A stretch of 27,544 nt of DNA, taken from the NCBI GenBank assembly GCA_000165425.1, contig CT868010.1, forward strand, positions 248,001 through 275,544, written 5' to 3'. The DNA comes from Paramecium tetraurelia (Eukaryota). Positions within the stretch are counted from its first letter, which is position 1. Each line of letters begins with the position of its first letter. The notes beneath the pieces are model-generated. The model was not told the DNA's origin. It made no database searches and saw only the letters and a list, made by a program, of their open reading frames with translations. Made by a program: the position numbers and the translations under genes. Positions 1-11,529 of the stretch are shown piece after piece.

Positions 1-259
1 TCATCGTTAGAGATTCATCATATTTTTCCCTGATTGTTGACAATTCTAGTTACTTTAATCGAGCTTAAAATTCACGTGCCTATTTCATTTCTGACCTTTA
101 ACCAAGTATGATTGATTCTTTCTGTTTCATTCTAAATTCTTTCTCTTTGTTTTTTTCAGTTACATCATTTTGTAGCTCCAGATATTTTATAAATTATGAT
201 AGTTCTTTGTCCTACTTGATTAATTGTCTTGAGTAATTTTATTCCTCTATTTTTAACAT
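1..259 (-). CDS. Hypothetical protein, 5' part only (runs off the window edge); charged/coiled-coil-like
   Basis: ATG at 259, then MLKIEEQNYSRQLIKQDKELSQFIKYLELQNDVTEKKQRERIQNETERINHTWLKVRNEIG in ciliate code. A TGA near 74 probably lies in a short intron. No recognisable domain. Confidence 0.5.
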
Positions 260-285
260 TCAATATATATATTAATAATAATAAA

Positions 286-767
286 TCATATTGTATTAAA
301 TAATTCTTTTAATCTGCCGTCTTTGTGCATTTTCATTATGTTTTCGGTTCCACCAAGTAACTCTTATTTAACATACTAATTAATTATATTACTACAGCAA
401 TACCAATTATGGGAATGTTGACCAATTTGAATATATCTTGATTTCTTATCTCATCAAATCGTCAGGAAGGACATCAACAGAATGATAATTTTAGACTTAG
501 TAAAATTCAAGAATCTAAACAGCATAATACGAAAATCCACACCTTGGTTGGGCTGGAGTTCCCTTCATGAATAACACAACTTAGTTTGATTTTATGATCT
601 ACAAAATACTTCAATCAATTTACATTATCTATTTCCTTATGTTTCTATTAGATCTATTCTTGCATGCTTTATGGCTAAGCCTTTTGTTATGGCTAAACGT
701 CTTGATCAGAATGATCGTGATTGTGATTGTGATCGTGATTATTGTTAAGCTAAGAGGGTGAAGCCAT
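286..767 (-). CDS. Monothiol (CGFS-type) glutaredoxin, Grx5/GrxD family
   Basis: Spliced translation: ...[30 protein letters not shown]...[33 protein letters not shown]...MHKDGRLKELFNTI-TGA. Two short GT..AG introns restore the frame. Confidence 0.93.
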
Positions 768-1173
768 TATTTTTTACTAAAGAATTAAAGTATTCTTAAT
801 ATCTGCTTTGAAATTCTTTAAATGATTCTTAAATTTAAATACAAAAAAGTATCTTACTTTGATTTAGATAAACTATTCCTAGAAATTTCATAATTATTAA
901 CCTATTAAATTCTTTCCCTAGTAATATTCTTAATATTTACAGTATTTAGATGATATTTAATTCAATTTCTATCAGGATCTTACAAATATAAACAGGATTA
1001 TTCTAAAAATCTTACAATGTCACTATTTTAATGCTTTAAGTGCTTTAGTTTGTGTAATTATTTTTGAAATATAGAAATGGTATGTTTAAGTTGGAATCAA
1101 ATATATAACTATATGAGATGAAGAATAAAGATTAAATTTAGTTTATAAAATATATTTATTAAGCTGTTGTCAT

Positions 1174-1775
1174 TCAAACTAATTATTTATACTGTTCGAT
1201 TCTAGATTTCTATAATGATATTTGAATGTATACCAGATATTGTATTGAAAGATCTTGCTACTTAAATAGGCTTTCTCCTTAGGATATTGCTTTTTGTTTC
1301 TATTTTTTTTCTTCAATTAATTAATTCATAACAGTTTAAATTTCTACTCTTAATATAAGCATATATTAATTTACTCTAGATTCTTTTATTCCTTAATGTT
1401 TTAAGCATCAGCATCATCCACCAAGGAGTCAACTAGATTATTAATATTCTGCATCTTAGGACAAGGAACAGAACATGATCGAATATGAAAAAATTTATGA
1501 GTAGTTTTGGTTTTATGTTTCTCTTTAATCATTTCAGCAGCAGTAATACATTATTGAATAAGTTAATAAGTGGGATTATTACAAATGTGCAGAGATTAAT
1601 GAGTGTTAATAAAACTTTGGGTATGTCTCCCTTACTTTCTGATCAATTTTATAGGAGATGGCTAAATATCCTTAGTAACTATCATATGCTATGATTTGCA
1701 AACTGATTTGTACTAGCCATTTAGATTTTTGAGTTATAATTCAGGGTTTACTGAATGTCTCTTTTTAATTTGCAT
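1174..1775 (-). CDS. Hypothetical protein
   Basis: ATG at 1775 (MQIKKRHSVNPELQLKNL...). Open for about 130 codons in ciliate code, then two short GTA..AG introns lead to TGA at 1174-1176. No domain recognised. Confidence 0.65.
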
Positions 1776-1811
1776 AAGTTAATGTTATATTATTTTCTAA
1801 TAAATTTATTT

Positions 1812-3816
1812 TCAAGATCTTTTGCCCCCAATTCCTTCCCAAAATGCCTGCATATTCAGTTTCCATTCTCCACTGATGTCAAATTCCCTCATCAAATAAT
1901 ATTGTTCCTGCAATGTTAAATTGAACCCTAACTCTTACAACCCAGCAGCAAGTTCCTCAAACTCAATCTGGCCTTTCAATTACTTGTCAAGTTTCCTAAG
2001 AGAATACGAATCAGAACAAAAGTTACTTCATTAGATCCAACAAGAAGGAGTCAAAATTAGGATAATGGTCTGCAAACAACCTCAACTTTGCAATTATTTG
2101 TTTAATATCTGCTTCTTTGAAGACATCAGACTTCTGCTTCATGTAATTTACAGTGAACTCATCAGCTCTCATCAACTAAAACTTGTAAACATTAAATTGC
2201 ACAATAGCTCCCAATTGGAAATCCTTTAATACTCACAATAAAATAGTACTTTCTCAGTGTAATAATCATTGGTTAATGGATTTTTCTATCTAGATCTTTC
2301 TTAGAATTTTCCTCCCTTAAATCATATCACATAATCAAATTACCCAAATTCCACTATTCCTCTCAGAAGTTTGATAAACTTAGACTGTGTCATCTCCACA
2401 ATAGAAGGATATGATAAATCTTCTGGAATTCTCCTCTCTGATTTCACTAATTAATCTTGATTCAAATCTTAAAATGAATTAATCTTAAGTAAAGTTCTTC
2501 CTCACATCCTTCTTTGGAGGCTTGGGTTAGAGGGAATAAACAGAACCCAAGGAATCCTCTTCATATCCATATCCATTATAAGGAGGCACTGGCTGATAAA
2601 ACTTCTTGCCTCTCTCTTGTTTCAATGTGGCTGGTCTATTTACTCTATTTTAGATATTACTTTTATTAGATTCCTAAGACTTTTAGGTAGTATTCTTTAG
2701 TGAAGTCATCACATCCATAGATAAAGCAATCTCTTCCATAAATTCTGACTTAGTTTCCACAAATAAGGTCTTATGGACTATAAAACTCTTCCTTCTTTAA
2801 TGTCATTCCTGGATAATGGGTTAAAATTGGTTATTTAGGTATCTTTTATCTTCTCAACATAAGTGGATATGGATCTTTTCCTGAATTTTGCTTTCTAACT
2901 TCCTTGACTTCACAAGTATCATCTGCTAAATAATAATTGAGTGTGTAATAATTTAATTAGCCTTCAATTGAAGCATCATCCCAAATGATATCAAAAGATA
3001 GCACTTTTCTATCATTACTAAGGTATTTATTCAATCCTCCATTTGGATGTCCTCCTCCCAATTTAACTTCAAAGTACTCCTTATACTCTTTGGTATCAGG
3101 AGGATTGATTTTCAAGTCCTTAGTCTCTTTTTGAGCTTGAAAACAATCTCTTGGTAATTATTCAGGTAAGGATAAGGGCTTACCCATATATTCAAAAAAT
3201 TCTCTTGTGTATGTATCACAATCACAAATTCGATACACCTAATTTAATTCGAAATCATACTCTATCATAGAAATTGATGTTGGAACATAATTGGAGATCC
3301 TCCCAGGTATAAAAATCTTATTTCCCGAGTTTCTTTGGGATCTTCTATCTTTTTATAAAGAGTCCTTAAGGAATGCCAGAATTTTATACTCGAGGCTACA
3401 GTTATTTAAATTATTACTTCGGTGACATGGATTGTTCCGTCAGAAAGGTAATAATAGATGATAACTTATCTAATTCTATAGTTTTCGTTGGGATTTTCAA
3501 CTACTGATTCTTGGAAGTATGAATAAAATCGTAAAACAGCTCGATCATATTTCAACCAAGGTGGTTGAATTCGTGGGATATAGTCATTTTCAGGTGGTTA
3601 TCTACTACCATAAGTGAGATTTGGAGGTGTTCCCATTTTCATAGAGTCCAATAAATTCGGATCGAATTCTTCGTGAATGAAGTTTGTTTTTTCTTGCACA
3701 GTCCCATTGATATTCGAAAATTATTGGGTTTTGTGATGACTTTCTTTGTAAGGGTCTGAAAATACATGTCCAGGAAGAAATGGCACTTGCTTTGGAAACT
3801 ATGCATTCAAAGACAT
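1812..3816 (-). CDS. RIB72: Rib72/EFHC1-family axonemal microtubule inner protein (three DM10 domains plus C-terminal EF-hand-like region)
   Basis: N-terminal PFLPG. DM10 repeats: PWLKYDRAVLRFYSYFQESV...YYLSDGTIHVTEPRVQNSGIPQGLFIKR, DRKVLSF...YYLADDTCEVKE...NSGKDPYP, and FILRFESRL...FIISFYCGDDTVQVY...RNSGIWGGKF. C-terminal DKQLKGQIEFEEL. At least 5 introns of 22-31 nt. Confidence 0.93.
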
Positions 3817-3965
3817 TTTTTATTAATATTAATATATGAATATATGACTGGTTGGATTAAGCAATTAAAATTTAACTTTTATTGCTAACAATTAAAGCCT
3901 ATATTAACTTCTCATTCCCCATAATCCTTATATTTATTGAAATATTGAAATATTGAAAAATTTTC
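3817..3965. promoter_or_regulatory. Probable bidirectional promoter region (149 nt) containing a TATTGAAA triple repeat
   Basis: Lies between divergent start codons at 3816 (-) and 3966 (+). tattgaaa x3 at about 3935-3958. Function inferred from position only. Confidence 0.4.
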
Positions 3966-4972
3966 ATGTAATAAAAAATTGTGTTTGATACCGTCAGTCT
4001 ATCTCAGATGTAAATTTTGATCCTTATTGAGATGTCCAGAAGAATAGAGGGAAAGCTACAAATTACTGGGATAGAAACTTTAAGAAGCAAAGGACTTTGA
4101 AGATAAATTGCACCATATGAATGATGAAGATCATGAATGGGAGAAGTTGCAAATAGAATTAGATTGCACACCCCATAACATTAAGAATAGCAATTATATT
4201 ATTGGTACATACTCGAGAAATCAATTTAGTTAGGCATGCTTTGGCTTGGCATAATTATTTTAAGAGAGCCACAGAATTCAAGGATAGAAATATTTACAGC
4301 TACGAGTTAATGGATCCTCCTCTCCATTACTTGGGCAAAAAGTAATGTGAAAAAATGAGACCGGAAATCAATTTGATGGAATTTGATAAGGTGTATATTT
4401 CACCTCTATTAAGGTATTTAATTTTATAATTACTTCATATTAGAACTATATAAACAGCCTAATTATTATTCTAGGACCACCCGCAGAAAGATAAAATACA
4501 GTTTATCCTGTGTCCTCACATAAGTGAGAAAATCAGCAGCCAGTATTCTATCTATAAATGGGGAAATTTGACCAGTCTTCTTTAAGATGTATTATTGTAA
4601 ATTCAATTCAAATAGAATAATAATCCGATTAAATTTGACACAAGCGAATTGCCATAGGAATTGGAATTTTGGTAATTTATCTAAATTGGGAAATAAGAAA
4701 AAGTTTAAGGCTTAAAACCAAGCAAAGAGGATTAAGAACAATATTTGGTTGATAAATTTGTCAAAAAGGGAAAAAATATTACATTAGAAAAAACTAAGCA
4801 TGCTGAGAGGAGAGTAAAAATATTTTTAGAGAAATTAATACAAAATTAGAATAATGGAAAAAAAACAGGAATTGTCACTCATTCATAAATCATCAAAATA
4901 ATATTGGCTCAGACAAATAAAGTGGTTGATACAAAAATCAAAAATGGTACAGTTTTAGGAATTAATATTTGA
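3966..4972 (+). CDS. Histidine phosphatase / phosphoglycerate-mutase superfamily protein
   Basis: After splicing: YIIVRHALAWHN (RH motif), DPPLHYLGKKQC, VYISPLLRTIQTA and C-terminal GIVTHS...IKNG, the characteristic branch-1 His-phosphatase motifs in order. Several 22-31 nt introns. TGA at 4970-4972. Confidence 0.82.
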
Positions 4973-5019
4973 TAAATCCAAAATTTTTAAACAATATGTT
5001 TTATCGATGTGCTAAACAT

Positions 5020-6317
5020 TCAAATATAATTATTTTTAGAAATAATATCACATATATATTCTGACATTGGTATTGAGCATGTCCACCCAGGGGATGCTAC
5101 ATTCAATAAGTGAAAAGAATTCTTGTCATGTTCAAAAATAAAATCTTATTCCATTTTTCTTTATTCGGTATCAAACAACTATGATCTGATTCCTGGTTTA
5201 CCCCTGTCAAAGTATTCATGCAATTGATTTTCTGGAATTTGATCAAGTTAAGTGGTGAGCTTTTTGGCTTCTTTAATCATATAAGCTAAAAGTAATAATT
5301 TTAAGTATTAATACTTTTGTTGATCTTCTTTAATTCATTTAAGAGGCTCTAAGCATAGAATTTCATATCTTTGGATAATACATTTTAAACATTCAAACTC
5401 AAAATTTGTGAAAACTCTGAAAAAACAAAATTATCTTTCCAATTATATTATTCTCTCCATAATGCAGGGAAGATAGAAGGGCCAATTTTTAAATGACCAT
5501 CAGTAGTTAACGTTGTATGAATTCCTAAAAAGTAGTTCCCAGCTAAGGGTGGAACAGGATAAATAATAGCATTTGCTTCTGGAATAGGCCTATTGTTTAT
5601 AAGATAGCTCCCTTTAAATGGCCAAATAACATATTTGTTACAAAAATTAAATTGTTTAGCAATTACGTCAGCATATAATCCACCTGCATTTATAAAGTAT
5701 TTGGCTGAAACTAATTATTTTTCATTCGGCATTTTTAACACATTAAATAATGTTTATTAATCTTTATTTTCAATTAAATCAGTATATTTATGATTTGTAA
5801 ATACTTGGACATTCTTACACTATTTAAGATCTTCATGAATACTCTTCATTAACCCTTTATTATCAGCAACACTTGTAGTTGGTGAATATAAGAATTAAAA
5901 GTTTTTATCATTAACTTTAAGATACTTTTCTATCTTTAATGCCCTGTCTACTTCCATAAGCTCCAATTCCACACCATTAATATCGCCTTGCTTCTTAATT
6001 TAGGCTAATCTCTCATTCTCAACTGAATTCCTGGCTACCAAGAATTTTCCTGTCTTCCTGAGATTTACTTTATGATCTAAGCAATATTAAGTTAAGGTCT
6101 TGTTTCCTTCTCTACATAATGATGCTTTAACAGTGTTTGATGCATAATAGAATCCAGCATGCAAAACAGCACTATTTCTAGTTGATGTGTGCAATCCTAA
6201 ACCTGATTCCTTTTCAAAGAGTCCAATTTTATGATTAGGATATCTTGCTGATAACGTTCTTGTTAACATTCCTCCTACTACACCTCCTCCTATAACAGCA
6301 ATATCAAATGATATCAT
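5020..6317 (-). CDS. lhgO: FAD-dependent L-2-hydroxyglutarate oxidase/dehydrogenase family protein (LhgO-like)
   Basis: DIAVIGGGVVG, LFEKE..LGLHTSTRNSAVLHAGFYY, TGKFLVA, FINAGGLYADVIA, PFKGSY, IYPVP, FLGIHTT, GIRSQL and HLLNVASPGWTCS. One 29-nt intron at 5286-5314. Confidence 0.9.
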
Positions 6318-6521
6318 ATTTATTAGTAGAGTCTAAAGTTTATTTTATATAAAAATATTCAACTCACAACTATTTCTAAAAATAACATTTATATTAGACT
6401 TTAAATGATATCTCTATATACACTAAGAGTTTTAATTTATTAATAATCAAAGAAGACTGTAATTCTCTTTAGGACTAAGAATAATGTATTTCTTATTATG
6501 AAAAATTACAAATAATTATCA

Positions 6522-7797
6522 TCATTTTGATATATCAATTATAGTATCTTAAGAGCTAGCTCTACATCTGATAAGCGGAAGAGAAATTTTAACTTTTTAT
6601 TCTTCACAAATACTTTTTTTTCTGATTTCATAATCATACTTCTTCTTTCCATTTTTTAAATATGGATTTTCTTATTTCTTAAGTAATCTACGAAATTGTA
6701 AGAAGCCATTCCCTCCTATCCATTTATGAGCCAATATCTCTTACATGGATATCCTCTAATTATGTTTAGGTACAAATATTCTATTAATTAAATCCTTAGC
6801 TTCATCAGAGACATTGAGTTCATGCTAGAAATTACATTGAAGAATGTTGTTCACTTTCTCTTCATTTGATCTTCCTTTAAAAGGTAATTTACCATATAAC
6901 AGACTGTACATAATTACTCCCAATCCCCACACATCTACACAAGGACATAAGAACTTGAGTTTTCCATTAAGAACCTCTGGAGACATGTATGGTAGAGTAC
7001 CAACATTCATTGTTTCAGTTTCTCTCTATGTTCCAGCCACTCCTGCCAATCCAAAATCTATTAATTTAACCTTAATTAAAATTAATAATACCCATGTATT
7101 TCCCTAAGTAACTAACATGATATTTTCTAATTTTAAATCTCTGTGAATAAATGTTTTTGAATGACAAAAGAGTAATGCCTCAACAATCTGTTTGATATAG
7201 ATCTTCACTTCCTATTCAGGTAGTATTCCTTTGTCTATTAAAATAAAGAGGATACTTACTTCGAATTAACTAGAGCAGGGAACCACCATCTAAATATTCC
7301 ATAATTATAATAGACTCCTTGGTCTTGGAGAAATATAGAGTTTAAAAGACCTTAACAATATTTCGATGCAGTAATTCTTTTAAGATTTTTGATTCCCTTT
7401 TTATAATGGAGTCCTCTTCCTCCATATCCCTTGTTATTTTTATTGCCACAGAGGATCCAATGAACTTATGTTTGCCCAATAAGACAGTTCCTTAACCTCC
7501 CTTACCAATTTCTGAGACAATCTCATACTCCTAAAATATGATACTTGCATCCAAGTCCTAACCGAAGAGAGTGATATATAATTTATTTCCATCTAGAACT
7601 TATTGTAAATCCTGCTCTATCAATTCATGCCCATTTTAATTAAAGATTCTGACTCGCTTAGGGATGACACTCCATCCTTAAATAATTTGGTTGCGAACAT
7701 CATTAAAAGTAGTTTTAAAAGTTAATGTCAATTTAAATGGAGGGAGATTTGGAGAGTAGACATTGACAATTCTGCTTTTATCAAATTAAGTCTTCAT
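6522..7797 (-). CDS. Ser/Thr protein kinase, CAMK group (AMPK/MARK-like), with an N-terminal extension
   Basis: IGKGGQGTV, VAIK, MEYLDGG, IHRDLKLEN, VKLIDFGLA, GTLPYMSPE and DVWGLGVIMY..LYGKLPF. ATG at 7797 is preceded by an in-frame TGA. Stop at 6522-6524. Confidence 0.92.
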
Positions 7798-7901
7798 TTT
7801 AATTTATCAATTTCTGTTGATTGGTCATTAATCTTTAAAAATACTTAATGTGAATTATAAAATCTAAGAATAATAAGGATTATTCATTAATATTGATCAA
7901 A

Positions 7902-8603
7902 TCATAAATTCAAACCAACAGAATGGAATACATCCTTTATTTCTTAGCTTTCAACTGGTGACATCGATCTTAATATCATAACTAAAGTATTCTATTTTCT
8001 TAACATATAATTCATTTTTTCCTAAAGTGATACGTTGTGCCTTTATTTTATTCTCTTTTCAACTTTTCTCCCTCTTTACTTAAAAAGTTGATAATTAATT
8101 TTTCGTTTGCTCAATTTATAATTCGTTACCCGAATTCTTTTCTGAAGAATTTCATTCTAGTTATAACTTCTCTAAAATTCTAAAAGAACAATGATCAGTT
8201 GATGATGAACCCCTCTTTTCTTTCTCTTGCACAATAGAATCTGACGCATCACATCTAAACCTTGGATTATTCATATGAAGCATTTTTATATGTCCAAAAC
8301 AAAGACTTTTCGGCAATTTTGAGTTGAGTCAAATAGTGGAATTTAATAGACACTTGAATCAAGTGATTTTGCAATAAATCTTATGCCAAATTTATCTTAT
8401 CTCATAAATAATCTAATTCTCTAAGTCTTTTAATTTTGCAATTGTAGATCTTTGTTTTGAATTAAGATATCTTCATCATCTTCCTTATCTTTTTTTTGAG
8501 GTGCTGTATAGTTCAGATTCTCCTACAGTTATACTTTTTCTGGTTGTTCTGAATGATGATCTTCCTCTCCATATAAATAATAATTTTCTGAGTGAGGGTC
8601 CAT
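7902..8603 (-). CDS. Hypothetical protein with one internal in-frame TGA (pseudogene, unusual intron or Sec recoding; unresolved)
   Basis: 702 nt from ATG (MDPHSENYYLYGEEDH...) to TGA in one frame, interrupted only by TGA at codon 111 (8271-8273). It fills the gap between two intact genes. Confidence 0.5.
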
Positions 8604-8665
8604 TATAATTATTATTATAATTTAAATAATTTGAATAATTTGAATAATAAAACTAAACAATGGTT

Positions 8666-9153
8666 TCAATCTTCATCTTTGTTTAAAATACGACATTCTT
8701 CATATTATTGATAGAAATTATCAAAATCTTCCTCGTTTTCTAATTTAACACAAAATTATTCCAACTTGGCTTCCCCATCGCTATGATCCTACCCAATCCA
8801 TTCGTATCCAAATTGATGAAACAAACTTTTAACAATAGCCTCAGAAATTATATGATCAGCTCTAATGAAATAGGTGGCATCCTGTCTCATAAGTAATCTA
8901 CACTTCTTAGTTTCTTTGTGCTGTAAGAATTTCAAGATACCTTAACCCCTTTACTTTAAGTTATATGAATAAAGCTTACTTTCCATTCCTCGTTTCTAAA
9001 ACGATAAAGCTTACACTTGAAGGCAACTAGTTATTCGAAATCCTCTTCTCCTGTTTTGATTACAACTGGCAATAGTTTAGGTGGACCAACATAGGGAATA
9101 ATCTCCTCTTCTGGATCTTCAGGAATAGGTGGTTCTGCAGGATCAAGACTCAT
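8666..9153 (-). CDS. Ran-binding domain (RanBP1-family) protein
   Basis: IKTGEEDFEQLVAFKCKLYRFRNEEWK/QRGQGILKFLQHKETKKCRLLMRQD...ADH...WIGQDHSDGEAKLEQFCVKL matches the RanBD consensus. One 26-nt intron. Confidence 0.88.
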
Positions 9154-9394
9154 TTATTTTAAGAAAATTTAAATTGTTTAAAAATTGTAATAAATTAAAG
9201 AATTTATATTATAAAAAATACAATAGAATTTATTAGTTTAAACAAAAATTCATTTAATATTTATCAAAATTATGGAATTTTAAATATATATATTCTTTTA
9301 TCAAATTTATTAACCAAAGTAATGACAAAGTACCTTAATTAAACATATTTTATGAATATATAATATTATTTTTAATGAAAATATGAATTATTAA

Positions 9395-10376
9395 TCAAGT
9401 ATGTCTACCATTAACCCATTCTCCTTCTAAACTTTCTCTGCCTTAATTTGATAAAACACACCCTTTTCCATGGAATACTCCTTTCCTAAAAGTCCCGTAA
9501 AATACAAAATATGAATCATAACAATCTATAAATTGCATTTAACCAATTCCTTCTATATCTCCATTTACAAAATTGCCACTATAGGTTTCTCGATTCTTGG
9601 CTACATTTGAAAAGTTCATAAAGTTTTTTAATAACAATTTCTAGGACTTAGATTCTCTAAACATTAATTTACCCTTTCCCCAAAAAACATCATCCTTCCA
9701 TTAACCTGTGTATATAATCTTTCCATCTTTATCAAACAATGTTCCAATTCCTTATTTTCTACCTCTTTCATCTGTTTATCCCTCGTATAAGGCTTCTTCC
9801 CCCATATAGATGATCTTTTTGGTAATGGTTGTTTTTTTATTAATATCATAAGTAGTCTATTTATTATTAGTTTGAGATTGGAAACTTTAATCACGTTTAT
9901 TTGACGATTACGTATTTTTGCTTGCTTTAGTATTTCTCTCATGTTCCTCTAAAATCTTTTTACTAATTCGAATTCTCTCTTAAGAATTGTCGTATTTGTT
10001 TAAGAAATAACTTTTGTAATTTCCATTTCGTTATGGTGTCACTGGATAATTAAATTCATCTTGCGAAGTATTGGTATGCTATTTCTTTGAATTATTTCCA
10101 TTTTGATTCTGCTTTGGTGGTAATGACTTCTAAATCTAACATATTCTGCTATCAATGATTTCAATTTTTTTGTTAATTGTTTCAATCATAACATCTGTGA
10201 TTCTTGATTTATCTGGACTTGCAATTTGGGCTGGAATTTGCGATCTAATTTGAGTTTAAACTGATGTCGGTGGCTATTTCAAAAGCAAATCTTACTCTAA
10301 TGAAAGGTAGGCTCTGATAAACAGGGACTGTTTGTTAAACCAAATAAACTTAGGGTTGTGGGTACACAATAAACAT
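9395..10376 (-). CDS. MORN-repeat protein with a low-complexity N-terminal half
   Basis: C-terminal YEGQTDERGRKQGIGTL, YTGQWKDDVFWGKGKL, YSGNFVNGDIEGIGQM, FYGTFRKGVFHGKG and EGEWVNG. A 22-nt intron is predicted near the 5' end. Confidence 0.85.
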
Positions 10377-10423
10377 AATAAAATATAATAAAATTTTATT
10401 TTATTTGAATATTCTCATTCATA

Positions 10424-11529
10424 TCATTAAGCTGGTAATTGTGATAATAAATCCAAAGCACTCTATACGATGCTAATTTCTTCGGAAATATGTGATCTTT
10501 TGCTTGTGTAACTTGTATTTTCATTGTCTTCAGCAATTCTAGTTTATTCAAGCAACTCTATTGAGGTTGCAATAAGTTCCTGTAATTCTTATTATCTTCT
10601 CTTAGCTGATGCCTATTAAATAATTTCCAATTAAATTTACTAGGTCGTTATCCTTAGCAGTTGCTTGTCTTTGATTGAATTGCTTGTCCTTATCTAAGTT
10701 TCCGTAAGTGGATTCAAATTGACTTCTTAAGGTTAGATATTATTGCTCTGAATTGGTTGAGGAAGTATTAATAGCATCTAATCTTTCTTGGACATTACTT
10801 GCGATTCCTTCCAATTTAGTTATAACTCGTCTAATAGTGTTATCATCATATTCGGATGTCAATTAGATCATTATGGATATTGGGTGTTTTTCTCCCAAAG
10901 TTTGTTTTGCTGCTTCAATGGCTCTTTCTCTTTCAATTAAACTAGTATTTCCCAAAAGAGTGTCACCTAAAAATCTTAACACTTCCTAAACTGCTGCCAA
11001 ATATCTAGAGTTATTATTGAATTTCTCTTCTGCTGCTCTTACTTCTTCTTAATGATTATCATTTAATTATGTAATTTAATTGGATAACAATAATAGCTAT
11101 TATCCTTGGAAGCTCAGAGATTGAGTAAGAGAGGATAGATCAGAACTCAAATCATTGATTTGTTGATTTACTGAACTCAGCTCACTTTCAGTTGTTTCTA
11201 AGGTATTTTCCAATTTAGAAATTTATTATTCGTAATTAGCTTGTTGCTATATAATTAGAAATAGAATTACAGCAGAATGTTCAGCTTCATTAGCCCCAGA
11301 TGCAGCGATGAGTTTGTCTAACATTGATTAAACAATTGTAACAACTTCGCCCAATTTACTTGATTAATGCAATTCAAGCATCCCATAAAAATAATCGCTA
11401 AAAGGAGTGACTCTTGTTTTCTGGAATATAACATATATTTATTACTTCTCTTAATTGCTTAATTGCTGTGAGATGAGTTTCTGTAGTAGCTGATATTGCA
11501 ATCAATACCAATATAATTGTTATTCTCAT
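10424..11529 (-). CDS. Secreted coiled-coil protein, trichocyst matrix protein (TMP) / granule lattice protein-like
   Basis: Signal peptide MRITIILVLIAISA, then MLELH...V..IVQSML, heptad-rich acidic repeats and a C-terminal Y...R..ISEEISIVQSALDLL. About 340 aa with short introns. Family recognised from overall architecture, not from a search. Confidence 0.72.

Noticed and set aside
1485..1694. ORF-track plus-strand 69-aa ORF (also 6844-7107 + and 13574-13756 -)
   Set aside because: These are antisense shadows of genes on the opposite strand.
8256..8290. Retained IES as the cause of the in-frame TGA
   Set aside because: The frame-preserving TA-bounded segments I checked (21 and 33 nt) are atypical IES sizes and lack TAYAG-like inverted ends.
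9664..9942. ORF-track 92-aa minus-strand ORF
   Set aside because: Wrong frame: the overlapping frame in ciliate code encodes clear MORN repeats.
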